The notes under the pieces: generated by a model
What the model was told of the DNA's origin: nothing
Databases searched by the model: none
What the model saw: the letters and a program-made list of their open reading frames with translations, nothing else
Position numbers and translations under genes: made by a program
Shown here: piece by piece, positions 1 to 10,545 of the stretch
Position numbering within the stretch: the first letter of the stretch is position 1
Layout: each line of letters starts with the position of its first letter
Assembly (NCBI GenBank): GCA_002269645.1
Contig: NIVC01003426.1
Location: forward strand, 1-38,615
From: Macrostomum lignano
Lineage: Eukaryota
Length of the DNA: 38,615 bases
Direction of reading: 5' to 3'

Positions 1-312
1 GTTGATTCATTCCCATCCTAATAGGGGGGGGGGTCTTGGCTTAAAGCCAACCACCGGGGCTTGGGGAATGGGGGGTTTTAGGGTGGGGAGATTCTTCATG
101 GGGATTGATTTTATCAACATAAACTTTAAAAGAGACATGGAGACCTACTCAAGAATGTGTTGATGAATTCCGCCATATTACAACAAATAGCATATATGAA
201 AAAGACTTGAATGAAACACTCACCTTCATTAAATGCATCTTCTATGTTGATCCTCAATTGACAAATTGGACAAACGGACACCGGGGTTCAATAAATAGCT
301 TAGTGTATAGAT
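1..312 (-). mobile_element. Possible 5' end of a non-autonomous Helitron/HINE-like element
   Basis: Minus strand reads A|TCTATACACTAAAGC... from 312/311, followed by GTCCGTTTGTCC-type repeats. This resembles the A^TC start and TGTC microsatellite of Lep1/DINE-1-type elements. The other end is outside the window. Confidence 0.3.
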
Positions 313-944
313 AACTTATAGTCTTGTACGGTTACTGGCTGGGAGTTGACAGGTGCGAAATGCGAATGTTGGAAGGTAGCTTTGGCTAGGTGTAAGTGAA
401 AGTGTGCAAGTGCAAAAAATCAAGCGGGTTGTGACGTGGCAGTTTTTAAAAAATGAACAGTGACACCTAATGGCCCACGGCTAGCCATGAAATCCACTAG
501 TCAAAAATTCTCGGCTTAGCCGGTGGATCCACCGTGGACCCACGCCCGGCTAGCCGTAATGGCCGTGGACTTGTGATTTTTTATTGCCCCGTGCGCTACT
601 CCGTACTAGGTAGAGTAGAGCATAATGAATATGGCAAATTCAGTGTACTGTGTACAAAAATACCGATTGCTGAGGAAGGACTAAAGGCATGAGCAAAAAT
701 GGTGAATAATTGTATTCCGCTTGGCTAATTATGAAATAAAGCATAAACCGTAATAAAAAGTACTTTGTATTTCTAATACAATACAATAAATTTAATAAAA
801 TTTATATTGTTATTGATTCTTGTATTGTAATAAAAAATTAATAACAATGTTAATCATTGTCGTCAGATACACTTTTTAGACACACTAGCAAATTTTAAAT
901 ATAAAATATCGAGAAAAATTTCAAGAAAAAATTATTCCTTAAAA

Positions 945-1000
945 TGGACTCGAACCAGAGACCTACCAAAAGCAAAGTAGGCGCCCTAACCACTAGGCCT
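945..1000 (-). pseudogene. tRNA-like sequence (degenerate tRNA or SINE head)
   Basis: Minus strand GGCCTAGTGGTTAGGGCG (A box) ... GGTTCGAGTCC (B box) at tRNA spacing; possible TGC anticodon loop; acceptor stem does not pair. Confidence 0.55.
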
Positions 1001-1946
1001 AGAGACACTTCCTAATCATACGTCAAATGCGCTATTATAAACCTATGAGAAACCTATAGTAAGGCGTAAGCAGGCTAAAATTGGGATTGGGACATATTAT
1101 TGGGACTGCCAGAGCACAAAAAAGCGCAAAGTACAATAACATAATTTCTTTCTAGACCTAAAAAGGGAATCTTGTTCTCTAATTATTTCTAATTAAGTTA
1201 TTCTTTGCTCCAACAAATGATGCTACATTTATGCATTTAATAATGCAATAGAATATTGCTATTAAATAGAGAAACTTTAACTTAAAAAGCATAGGTCGCC
1301 TAATGTCATACATAAGCATAACCTCTATAAAATTATTTTCCGATTTGAAGTCTGGTTACGCAATCCAGTTACAACAAAGCAAAATGTAATTTTTAGACTT
1401 CAAATTTCAGAAGTCTGTAAAAGTAGCTCAAGACAAAATTTAAGCTTTTAGTAATGCAAAATATCCTCATTTTCTGGTTAGGGTAAAAAGTTTGAATAGA
1501 AAACTTAAAGTTTTTCGCTGTGCAAAGTAGCTCGATCGTTCAATCTTGTTTGTTCGCTTCGCTCATACTATTCATACATTCTTTTATCGTAACTAGCTAT
1601 AATTATTTGCTAAGCAGATTAACTTAAATTGCAAATTTGTATTACAAACAATTCAAAGCACTCATTCGCACTATTACTAGAAAAAAACTTTCTTTGAATT
1701 CACTATTCATCTTTTGTGCCTGTGATTGTTAACTACTAACTAGGCCTACTACTATCCTACTACTAAGCTTAATTCTAAGTAAAATAAGCAGGTAAGGACG
1801 AGCCTGTACAATATGTGGCAGGGGTACTATCACTATATGACAGATTGACAGGGTCAGTATCACAAAAATTACTCTAAATAATTTTAGCAGTTCTTATTGT
1901 TCCAGTGACCATAGGCCTATAAATAACAAAATGGTTATTTTTATGG

Positions 1947-2117
1947 TTAACACATAAAACCATATGTTTTATGTGTGGTTTTAAAATTTGTTTTAGGCTG
2001 CTGCTGCTGCTGTTGCTTCTTATGCTGCTGCTGTTGCCTTTGTTGTTGCGGCTGTTGCGGCTGCTGCTTTTTTTTCTTCTGATTTTTCAGGTCGACAGAA
2101 TTTTTGCGCTTAGGCAT
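1947..2117 (-). CDS. Small basic/poly-Gln ORF (56 aa) over a CAG/CAA repeat; may be non-coding
   Basis: MPKRKNSVDLKNQKKKKQQPQQPQQQRQQQQHKKQQQQQQPKTNFKTTHKTYGFMC*; the ATG directly follows a TATTTCAG acceptor-like sequence. Confidence 0.2.
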   Translation of the reverse strand: MPKRKNSVDLKNQKKKKQQPQQPQQQRQQQQHKKQQQQQQPKTNFKTTHKTYGFMC

Positions 2118-2834
2118 CTGAAATACATGATATATAGGGTACTGTAGAGGATATTATAAGTACCGCTTAATTTTAAGAAAAGGTTATGTGGCGCTAGTGA
2201 TGAAACACAGCAGAAAAATACCTAGCCTATTCACAAGTATTATTCAATTACACGAATCCTTATCATGTTTTCTATGGGAGGGAAGGGCTCAGGAGATTGA
2301 GTGAATGCTTGCTATTGAAGAAAGCCCGATTTCAGGGGTGCTTGCTATTGGGAGGAGGCGCAGTGAATGCTTACTATCAGGAGACGATTCCAATTATTGC
2401 TTCCTTATTGCATCTTTAAATTAAATTTAAGCATTCTGAGGGGCAAATTTAGTGATGGTTCCAAGATTGTTAAGCTGACCTGCATTTTCAGTTCATAAAT
2501 ACGCACAGATACTAGTTTGCGAAAGAAAAGAGAAAGAAAATTAACACGGGCAACGAGACGTTGATCAATATCGGCTAATATTGTTATATCAATCACTTCA
2601 TGATATATTTCAATTCATTATGTCATAATTTTTAAAGTTCTGTATCTCTGCTGTCATAATATAACGCAAAAGCGAGGCAGAAACGGAATAAAAAAGGGAA
2701 AAAAGTACGAAGGACTACGGACGAGCAGTACGAAAGATTGGGGGGGGGGCATGGTGAGCAAGAGCAATAGACGGCAAGATGCGTAGAACAATGAAGGGTA
2801 AAACAGATTGACAGAAATTACGTAGGGTTCGTGA

Positions 2835-5249
2835 CGTCTTGGCCAGTGCACAATAGAATGCACTGTTCACTTTCACGCCGGCGATGAGGCGCGTCACGTT
2901 CGTGAAAGAAAAGTTAATGTAAACAATGAGGACATAGCCACTTACAGCAGGAGGCTGAAGCAGCTGTCCGAAGCTTGCAAATTTACCGATTCGGCAGACC
3001 GGCTCAGAGATCAGTTTATCTTTGGACTCCAGAGTAAAGAGATTCTGCGGAAGCTACTGTCTGAGAAAATCGAAGACCTGACGTGGGACAAGGTAACGGC
3101 GGTAGCTGCGGCTTGCGAAGCGGTCCAGCGTGGGGAGAAAGACATGACCGGCTTGAATGTACTGCAGATGCGTCAGACAAGTGGTCGACCGCAAAAAGGC
3201 AGCGAAGCCGGAAGGAAACGTTCACAAAAACCCACGAGTGAGGACAAGAACGCCAAGCAGGTCACTTGCTACTGCTGTGGGAAACCTGGTCATCTAAAGA
3301 GTGAATGCCGATTCAAATTCTTGAAGTGTGATAGCTGCGGAAAATTGGGTCACCTGAGATCTGTCTGCAGAGCTTCGAAGACAAAGGCCGAAAGACACCG
3401 AGAGTCTTCAAGGGTTCGACTAGTGCTGCAATCACCATCAATGGAGAAGTGTGAAGAGGATCAATGCGACAAGATATTCTCCATGACAACCAGCAAGCAG
3501 AGAATTTTGCACACAGTGAGTATTAACGGCACAAGTGTTGAAATGGTGTTTGATACGGGTGCGGATGCCTCATTGGTATCCAAACACTCATTCGAACAAC
3601 TGTCACAGAGGACAGATGTTATGCCAGCCGACAGAACATTTAAGGACTATCAGGGCTGTGCAGTCCCGCTGTTTGGTAAGTCGATCGTCACAGTGCAGTT
3701 CAACGGCATCACAACACAGCTTCCTATCTTCATCGTGGATCGGCCAGGAGCTCCGAACATCTATGGGCTTGAGTGGATGCACGCCCTTGAGCCGCACCTG
3801 AATATTTACCAGGTAACGCATTTCGAAGCACATCTAGTTTTAAAGGACGAAGCCAGACCCGTGTTTCTCAAGCCAAGACCTATACCATACGGCATTCGAG
3901 AGAGTGTGAAACAGGAACTGGACCGCCTGGAAAGTGAAGGAATTCTGAAGAAGATTGATCAGAGCGAATGGGCAACGCCGATTGTGATTGTGAGAAAGCA
4001 GAGTGGAAAAATACGCATATGCGGCGACTACAAGGTGACTGTCAACAAATCCCTATGCGATATGGTCTCAACCACCCCATGCATTGAAGATGTGTTGAGC
4101 CAGTTGGGTGGAGCCAAGATCTTCTCTGTTCTCGATCTGACGAACGCTTACCTACAGTTACCAGTTGACGATGCGTCTGGAAGCATCCTAACTCTGAGCA
4201 CCCCTTTCGGGTTATATCAGCCCAAAGCCCTTGCTTATGGTGTCAAACAGGCACCGGCAATTTTTCAGGGATATATGGACAAGCTATTAGCTTCGGAGAA
4301 AAATGTGGTTAGCTACCAGGACGACATCCTCATATATGGAAAAACGGAACAGGAACACGACAACCAGATTAACGTTGTTACACGCATCCTACAGGAAAAC
4401 AATGTCGTGGTTAACTATCAGAAAAGTGCACTCAAGCGCAGTAGAGTAAAGTTTCTGGGACTCGACATTGGCAGCGAAGGAATCTGTCCAGCAGAAGACA
4501 AGATGGAAGCCATACGGAGTTTAGCAGATCCAAGGTCTGTCAAGGAGCTTAGATCATTCCTGGGCCTGGTAGAGTTTTACTCCAGATTTATAAAAAATCT
4601 ATCTACCATCAAAGAGCCTCTAGCGAAGCTCGTTCGACAGGATGAAGAGTGGCAATGGGGACCCATGGAACAGTCTGCGTTCCAGCTAATCAAGACTAGC
4701 ATCTGTGAGTCGAAGGTCATTAAACCGTTTGATCCATCCGACTCAATTACAAGACTCACAACGGACGCCTCTCCTTACGGTCTTGGAGCAGTGCTTGAAC
4801 AATCCAAAGGACCGGTCATGTTTATATCGAAGACACTCAGTAAGCCGGAGCGTAACTATGCACAAATTGAGCGCGAGGCGCTGGGAATCATCTGGGCTGT
4901 TAAGCGTCTCCATAAATACTTGTATGCTCGAAAGTTTGTACTAGTGACGGATCATCATCCACTGAAGTATATATTTGATCCAGCAAAGAGCCTCAACAGC
5001 CTGGCTAGTGCTAGAATTCAGCGATGGGCGATCTCACTGGCATCGTATGACTATACCGTGGAATGCCGTCGATCTGAGGAGATTCCAGTAGCCGATGCGC
5101 TTTCAAGATTGACATCTACGAGCGCCGAAATGAGCAATTTGACGTCAGTACAGTTCAGGACACCGTACTCAACATGCCGGTGGATAAAAAAGAAATTCGC
5201 AGACAGTCGCTACGGGATCCAACAATGCGTAAGCTGTTTGCCCAAGTAA
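2835..5249 (+). pseudogene. gag-pol part 1: partial gag, two zinc knuckles, aspartic protease, reverse transcriptase, RNase H
   Basis: Frame is open from 2835, upstream of the track's 3144 ATG, and reads EDIATYSRRLKQLSEACKF...RLRDQFIFGL (gag). Then CYCCGKPGHLKSEC and CDSCGKLGHLRSVC, FDTGAD (PR), LDLTNAYLQL and YQDD (RT), TTDASPYGLGAVL...ADALSR (RH). Confidence 0.93.
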
Positions 5250-6439
5250 AACATGGATGGACGGTAAGGGGAAAGAATCAGTTGCCAGAATTTTCCCGGC
5301 TACAAAGCGAGTTCTCTATTGAAGATGGAATCTTGTATCGGGGAATCAGAACTATTATCCCCACTGTACTTCGTGATCAAGTGCTACGAACGCTTCATGA
5401 TGGGCATTTAGGAGCGGAGAAAATGAAATCTATTGTCCGACAGTGCGTATGGTGGCCATCAGTGGATGCGGACATTCAGCTGCGGGCAAAGGCATGCAAG
5501 GACTGCCAGCAGCAAAAAGATCATGCGAAGAGCGAATGGATTCCATGGCCACAGGAAACCGAGAAGTGGAGCCGAGTCCATATAGACTATGCTGGTCCAT
5601 TTAATAATGGAAAATATTGCCTCATAATGATTGACGCCTATAGTAAATGGGCTGAGGTCCATCTGATGAGTTTCACTACAACGGAAGAAACTATTCTGCG
5701 TCTTCGCCGCACATTCGCACAGGAAGGTGTGCCACTTACACTAGTGTCCGATAACGGACCACAATTTACGTCCCAGCATATGGAAAACTGGCTACAGTCA
5801 ATCGGGTGTAAGCACATTCTAACACCACCATATCATCCGCGATCGAATGGACAAGCGGAGAGATTCGTCCGTGATCTAAAAAACCACCTCAGAGCAGCAC
5901 AGCAGGAAAGCTGCATGCAGGCCAACATAGATCGATTCTTGCTGCAGTATCGGAATGCAAAGCACGCTGCCACAGGGAAATCTTCAGCTGAAATGATGCG
6001 TGGTCATTTATTGCGTGGCCCGATCACCCAACTGTCAAAGCAACCGGTGTGGGTCAAGGTCTACAATGATCACCAACGCAAATGGGCACCTGGAGTCGTC
6101 ATCAACTCTGAAGGCAAGGCTATTGTTAATGTTGAAGGTGAAGATGGAAACATCTCGAGAAGGCACCTGGAGCAGATAAAACCAAGAGTTACCGACGCTA
6201 AAGAGGCCGAGGAAGATACAAGTCATAGCGATTCTGGTTCAGAAGCAACATTTCAGAGTAAAATGAGTCCGGACTCATTGCCAACAGATCAAGCGCGCCC
6301 AGAAGACGCTGATAAACGCTATCCTACTCGTAATCGAAGGCCGCCTGATAGACTGCAGTACAAAAAAACTCGGGACACCAACCAAACAGAGCTTAACGTG
6401 AATCCAAGCGTAGTTTGCAATGGAAAGCTACTCTTGTGA
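5174..6439 (+). pseudogene. pol part 2: integrase (HHCC zinc domain plus DDE core), separated by a frameshift near 5150-5175
   Basis: HDGHLG...CKDC; HIDYAGP, SDNGPQF, NGQAERFV; C-terminal TRNRRPPDRL typical of Gypsy integrase ends. Confidence 0.93.
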
Positions 6440-6543
6440 ACTGATTGTGTACCTGTTGTTTTTATTTTATTATTTGAAAGCGTGTCTCCACCTCATTATG
6501 AAACCATGAGGTGCATTCTTTTAGAGTATTTTTTATCTCGCAT

Positions 6544-6551
6544 GGGAGGAG
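6544..6551 (+). promoter_or_regulatory. Polypurine tract
   Basis: GGGAGGAG immediately 5' of the TGTTAG LTR start. Confidence 0.7.
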
Positions 6552-6732
6552 TGTTAGTATCGGCTTGTGTGTGCGTCGGTATGCTGTCTTTGGCCAAACC
6601 CATAGAGTTGTAATGAGCAAAGGCAGCGCTAAAGAATAAATAAAAAAGAATGAAAGAAGGCAAAGTAAGCCGCGAGAGCATGCAGCTTGATTGTCAAGTG
6701 AAAGTGATTCAATAATCGACTCCGAGCTAACA
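6552..6732 (+). repeat. 3' LTR (181 bp)
   Basis: Begins TGTTAG and ends CTAACA (perfect 6-bp inverted termini), follows the PPT, contains AATAAA. Confidence 0.75.
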
Positions 6733-7032
6733 AAAGCAATTCTGCACATTGACGATCCAGTTAATAATTCCATAAATACATTTCACGCATATGGATTGGT
6801 CAAAGCAATTCTGCACATTGACGATCCAGTTAATAACTCCATAAATACATTTCACGCATATGGATTGGTCAAAGCAATTCTGCACATTGACGATCCAGTT
6901 AATAACTCCATAAATACATTTCACGCATATGGATTGGTCAAAGCAATTCTGCACATTGACGATCCAGTTAATAACTCCATAAATACATTTCACGCATATG
7001 GATTGGTCAAAGCAATTCTGCACATTGACGAC
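6733..7032. repeat. 69-bp tandem repeat, ~4.3 near-identical copies
   Basis: Unit AAAGCAATTCTGCACATTGACGATCCAGTTAATAACTCCATAAATACATTTCACGCATATGGATTGGTC recurs at a 69-bp period. Confidence 0.97.
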
Positions 7033-7188
7033 CCAAAATATGAATAATGTCTTCTTTACAGTAGTTCTGCTCCGTGGCCCGTGGGCCTCAGTATAAAGTG
7101 TGTTAACCCCACCTCTTTTCCACCTCTTCCGCGTGCCAGGGGATGATGATTCCGAGTTACTACTAGGTTAGCCTAGTCTAGACTGACT

Positions 7189-7947
7189 CTAGTTTTTTAG
7201 CCATGGGAACTGTTTTAACACCTCTGGGCGTCTCTCGCCGTAATTATAGAGGAGTTCCTCGCCTGCCTTGATGTCTCGAGTGGCCAGAAAGGCTAGGTGG
7301 GGCTTGTCGCCTAGACCAACCACAGTCGGCTTTAAATTTGCTTTCAGCCGACTATGATTGATGTAGCGACCGACATACCCACTTGCATCGGTAGCATCGA
7401 TGCCAAAGGCTCGGTCTCGCCAAGAGAAAAAGAAAAGAAATGAGCTAGACCTCCCTTGATCTTGAAGTTGCTGCTCCCAGTCGAGGCGGGCCTTCTGCCC
7501 CTGGATCAGGTTTCCGCCGTAGCAGCAGACAGTTTTGCCTTTTGCAAGGTCGATACGAGCGAAAGCGCCCAGACCCTCAGCATCTACGCCACCGGCATGA
7601 ACCACAACATTACCGGTCTGTATCATTGTCTGGTGGTACATGTCGGCCATTGAGATCTGCCTCAGGGACGCGATCTCGGACGTCAGGGGCCGGTCTGCAC
7701 TCCGTAAGCTAGCTCGGCCATGGGGCGTCATATGTGGGACCGGTATGCCGACCCCTTCCGGCGTAACATTAACGTCCGGAACAACTATTTCGCAATTAGC
7801 CATCTCCATCGCAGGCGCAGACACTATAGGAGAGGCGGCAGCGTGGCCAGAAGACTGCGCCGGTGACCTTCTAGAGACGTCAACCGGCGTACTGGTTGCA
7901 GGCGCATCTTCTTCGGCTTGCCGCTGGAGCCAAACGCTATAGGGAAT
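7189..7947 (-). CDS. PR-Set7/KMT5A(SETD8)-like SET-domain lysine methyltransferase, terminal exon
   Basis: GLGAFA, CYGG, IDAT, GRYINHS, RDIKAGEELLYNYG and C-terminal FPWLKN align with the SETD8 motif series. Acceptor AATTGTCAG at 7948-7956; upstream exon(s) not identified. Confidence 0.88.
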   Translation of the reverse strand: MPYSVWLQRQAEEDAPATSTPVDVSRRSPAQSSGHAAASPIVSAPAMEMANCEIVVPDVNVTPEGVGIPVPHMTPHGRASLRSADRPLTSEIASLRQISMADMYHQTMIQTGNVVVHAGGVDAEGLGAFARIDLAKGKTVCCYGGNLIQGQKARLDWEQQLQDQGRSSSFLFFFSWRDRAFGIDATDASGYVGRYINHSRLKANLKPTVVGLGDKPHLAFLATRDIKAGEELLYNYGERRPEVLKQFPWLKN

Positions 7948-8037
7948 CTGACAATTAATAAAAAATAAAAAAAGAAAATTTTGTAATGCGTTTGTATTAC
8001 TCAAACATGCAGATTTAAAAATGTGTACAAGTATTTA

Positions 8038-8418
8038 CGAAGGGTGATCAAAAAGTTCTGCAACCTCTTGTCATAACTTTTAACTATGGAGTCGACAAAA
8101 GCCAAAAACTTATACATATGTGGCTATATCTGTTTGCTATATTCATATGCATTTTTGGCTTCCTAATGTGTCCCAGTCAAATGTCACAGCCATATATTTT
8201 CCATGTGTTTTCAGTAGCTGATGGATCCATCAAAAGACAGTGTTTGCTTCTATATCTTTATGCGCATTCAACTTGGCTGCAGAGCGACTGAGATTCATAC
8301 CGATCTGGTGAATGCTTTAGCTGAATCTGCTCCATCATTTGACATGGTTGCCCGCTGGCTGCGCCATTTCTTGAAAGGTCGGGACAGCTTCAACAATGAA
8401 CCGAGATCTGACTTTGAA
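8038..8418 (+). mobile_element. Mariner (Tc1/mariner) 5' fragment with the transposase N-terminal HTH
   Basis: TA|CGAAGGGTGATCAAAAAG mariner-type TIR; ORF 8221.. YIFMRIQLGCRATEIHTDL...APSFDMVARW...GRDSFNNEPRS, truncated before GRP. Confidence 0.8.
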
Positions 8419-8755
8419 GTTTGAAGATAGTATACAACCTCATGTTCATTGATACAGAGAGAATTAGTGAGTCAGTAAGAGAGCAGGTTCTCACTTACAA
8501 CTCTACTATCTTTTACTATTATGAATACCCTATTGTTGCACAGTTTGGGGCACTCGGCTGCCTGTTGCGTTTTTTTGAAAGAAAATATTCTGCTTGTCTC
8601 TACATTTTTAAAAGGCAGAAAATACCGAGATTTCTGCGCGGCCTATTGTTACTCAGTGGGATGTGTCGCACGATAAGTCAGTGTGAGTTGCGATGAGTGT
8701 AGCTGTGCCACTCTTTTAAGCATATTCAATATTGGGTGTGCGATTTTTGTATTTT

Positions 8756-9165
8756 GTTATAGCTGACTGAATATCTAAAGCATTTCCTAGAAATAATGGT
8801 TTACTGAAGGCCATTTTATATGTATAAAATTTATTATCGTTAAATTGGATGACACTTTCATATTGTATATACCTGAAATTGCATTGAATTGACCCGTGAA
8901 TCGAACTTTTCTCATGGTTTTAGAGCTGAAATCGTAAAAATTGCACCTTTTCAGAAATTTTAAAAAAAATCACAAAAAATCGCTGTTTTCAGACCATTTT
9001 CACCTGTTTTTAGTCATTTTACTTATTTTTAGTAATTTTCAAAATGAGTAAAGGCATGAGGGCGAGGACACCCTCCTTTTTAAAAAGTATAAAAATTCTG
9101 AAAAAATCTGTTTTGCAAAATATTCCACAGGCCAATGCCCCCACATGCCCTCACCCTCAACCCCG
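8756..9165 (+). repeat. Dispersed repeat, copy A (copy B at 31715-32120); possibly the 3' region of a piggyBac-like family
   Basis: Shared blocks GTTATAGCTGACTGAATATCTAAAG, CCTGAAATTGCATTGAATT, AAAAAATCGCTGTTTTCAGACCATTTTCACCTGTTTTTAGT. Both copies are preceded by decayed Cys-rich coding-like segments. The piggyBac link is tentative. Confidence 0.8.
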
Positions 9166-10545
9166 GACTGCCACTTATGTTGGTGCAACGTTTTTCCAAT
9201 CATTGAAATTAGGTGTTTCTTTAACATTTAAATTACATTAATTTTGACCCGCTTTGTACGGTTTTTTCAACGTTGTAGGCCAACGTTGGTAACCCACCAT
9301 TAAACAACCTTCTAACAACCTTTCTGTGAGAGCTCGTACATACTACTAGCAGTAGTGAGCACAGTAAAGGCACTCAATCTTGTTTTTATATATTGAAGCC
9401 TATAGTTTGCAACGCAGGATTTGCCTCATTTTTCTGTAATATCAACAAAAGAAACTCACTCGGTATCAGAGCTAGTTTATGAAAGCGAGTATATTTATTT
9501 TATTTTTATTAACAAAAAAGTTCACATATAGCTTTTTTACGATATATTGGCGATGTTCATAAATATTAGCATAGAGTTAAGAAAGTAAAGAAGGTTTACA
9601 TGTAGTACGAGCGTACTGCAATACTGTAGTATTGCAATGTAGTACTGTTAAAGAAACATTTTTACATGTAGTACTGCAATGTAAGAAGACACAAGAGTAA
9701 GTACAACATTAAGCTTGGGGTTACATACTTGGGATACATGGGCTATCATTTATGTAACCTTTAGTCTTCAGTGGTAATCCGACCCGATTAATTTCACACA
9801 TACATTTTACACATTCAAGTAAAACACTTAGTAAAATTTTCAAAAAGTTTAAACTACAAAAAGATGCAGCAGACTAACAGACGCGAAAAACAAAGCAAAA
9901 GGTTTTATCTGCTTCACTAAGCTTAAAAAACACATTCACTTTTAATATAATTTGGCAAACGCACTTTTCGAAAATTTAGCTCACTACTGTTAGTAGCTAA
10001 TACTGCACAAACAGTAAACCTTAAGCGACCGAAACAGTTAAATTATGAAAGATTATGCACAACCAGACATAAAAAGTTTTTTAATCTGATATATAAGAAC
10101 AGAATAAGATAATATTTTACTAAAACTAAACATAAAATGATTTCTAAGATCAGCCAGGCCCCCTTTTATAAAAATAAGATTAATCCTGTCTACAAAGTCC
10201 CAAGCTCCTGCACCGAAGGTTTACCCTTTCGGCTTTCTACGATTTCTAAGAAACCCTTAGCAATTAGATAGTTAAAATTACTTATTTTTTTCACTTTGTG
10301 ATAACAATTGAACCAAGGTTGCTTTTTACCTGTTTGGTATAACACTTTCATATCAACGATTTTTAAATCTAGACTTTACTATTAAAGCGACACAGTTCAT
10401 GGCCCCTATATGCAAACTTTCATTTTTGCTTTTCTTATTCAATCGATTTTACTAGTGCTGGTCCTAAAAATTATATCACCCTGGATTAAATACCAAGATT
10501 GAATAGCTAACATATGAGGAGAGGAAACATACATAGTGCACAGCT

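Larger units (their letters stand above)
2835..6732 (+). mobile_element. Ty3/Gypsy LTR retrotransposon (Mag-like), 5'-incomplete
   Basis: Domain order gag-CCHC x2-PR-RT-RH-IN, then a polypurine tract and a TG...CA LTR; no matching 5' LTR found. Confidence 0.95.

Noticed and set aside
2751-2762. ATGGTGAGCAAG, identical to the EGFP start
   Set aside because: Only 12 nt match and the sequence diverges at once; not vector contamination.
6691-7047. 118-aa repeat protein ORF (and antisense 6727-7023)
   Set aside because: Starts at GTG inside the LTR and is simply the 69-bp repeat read through.
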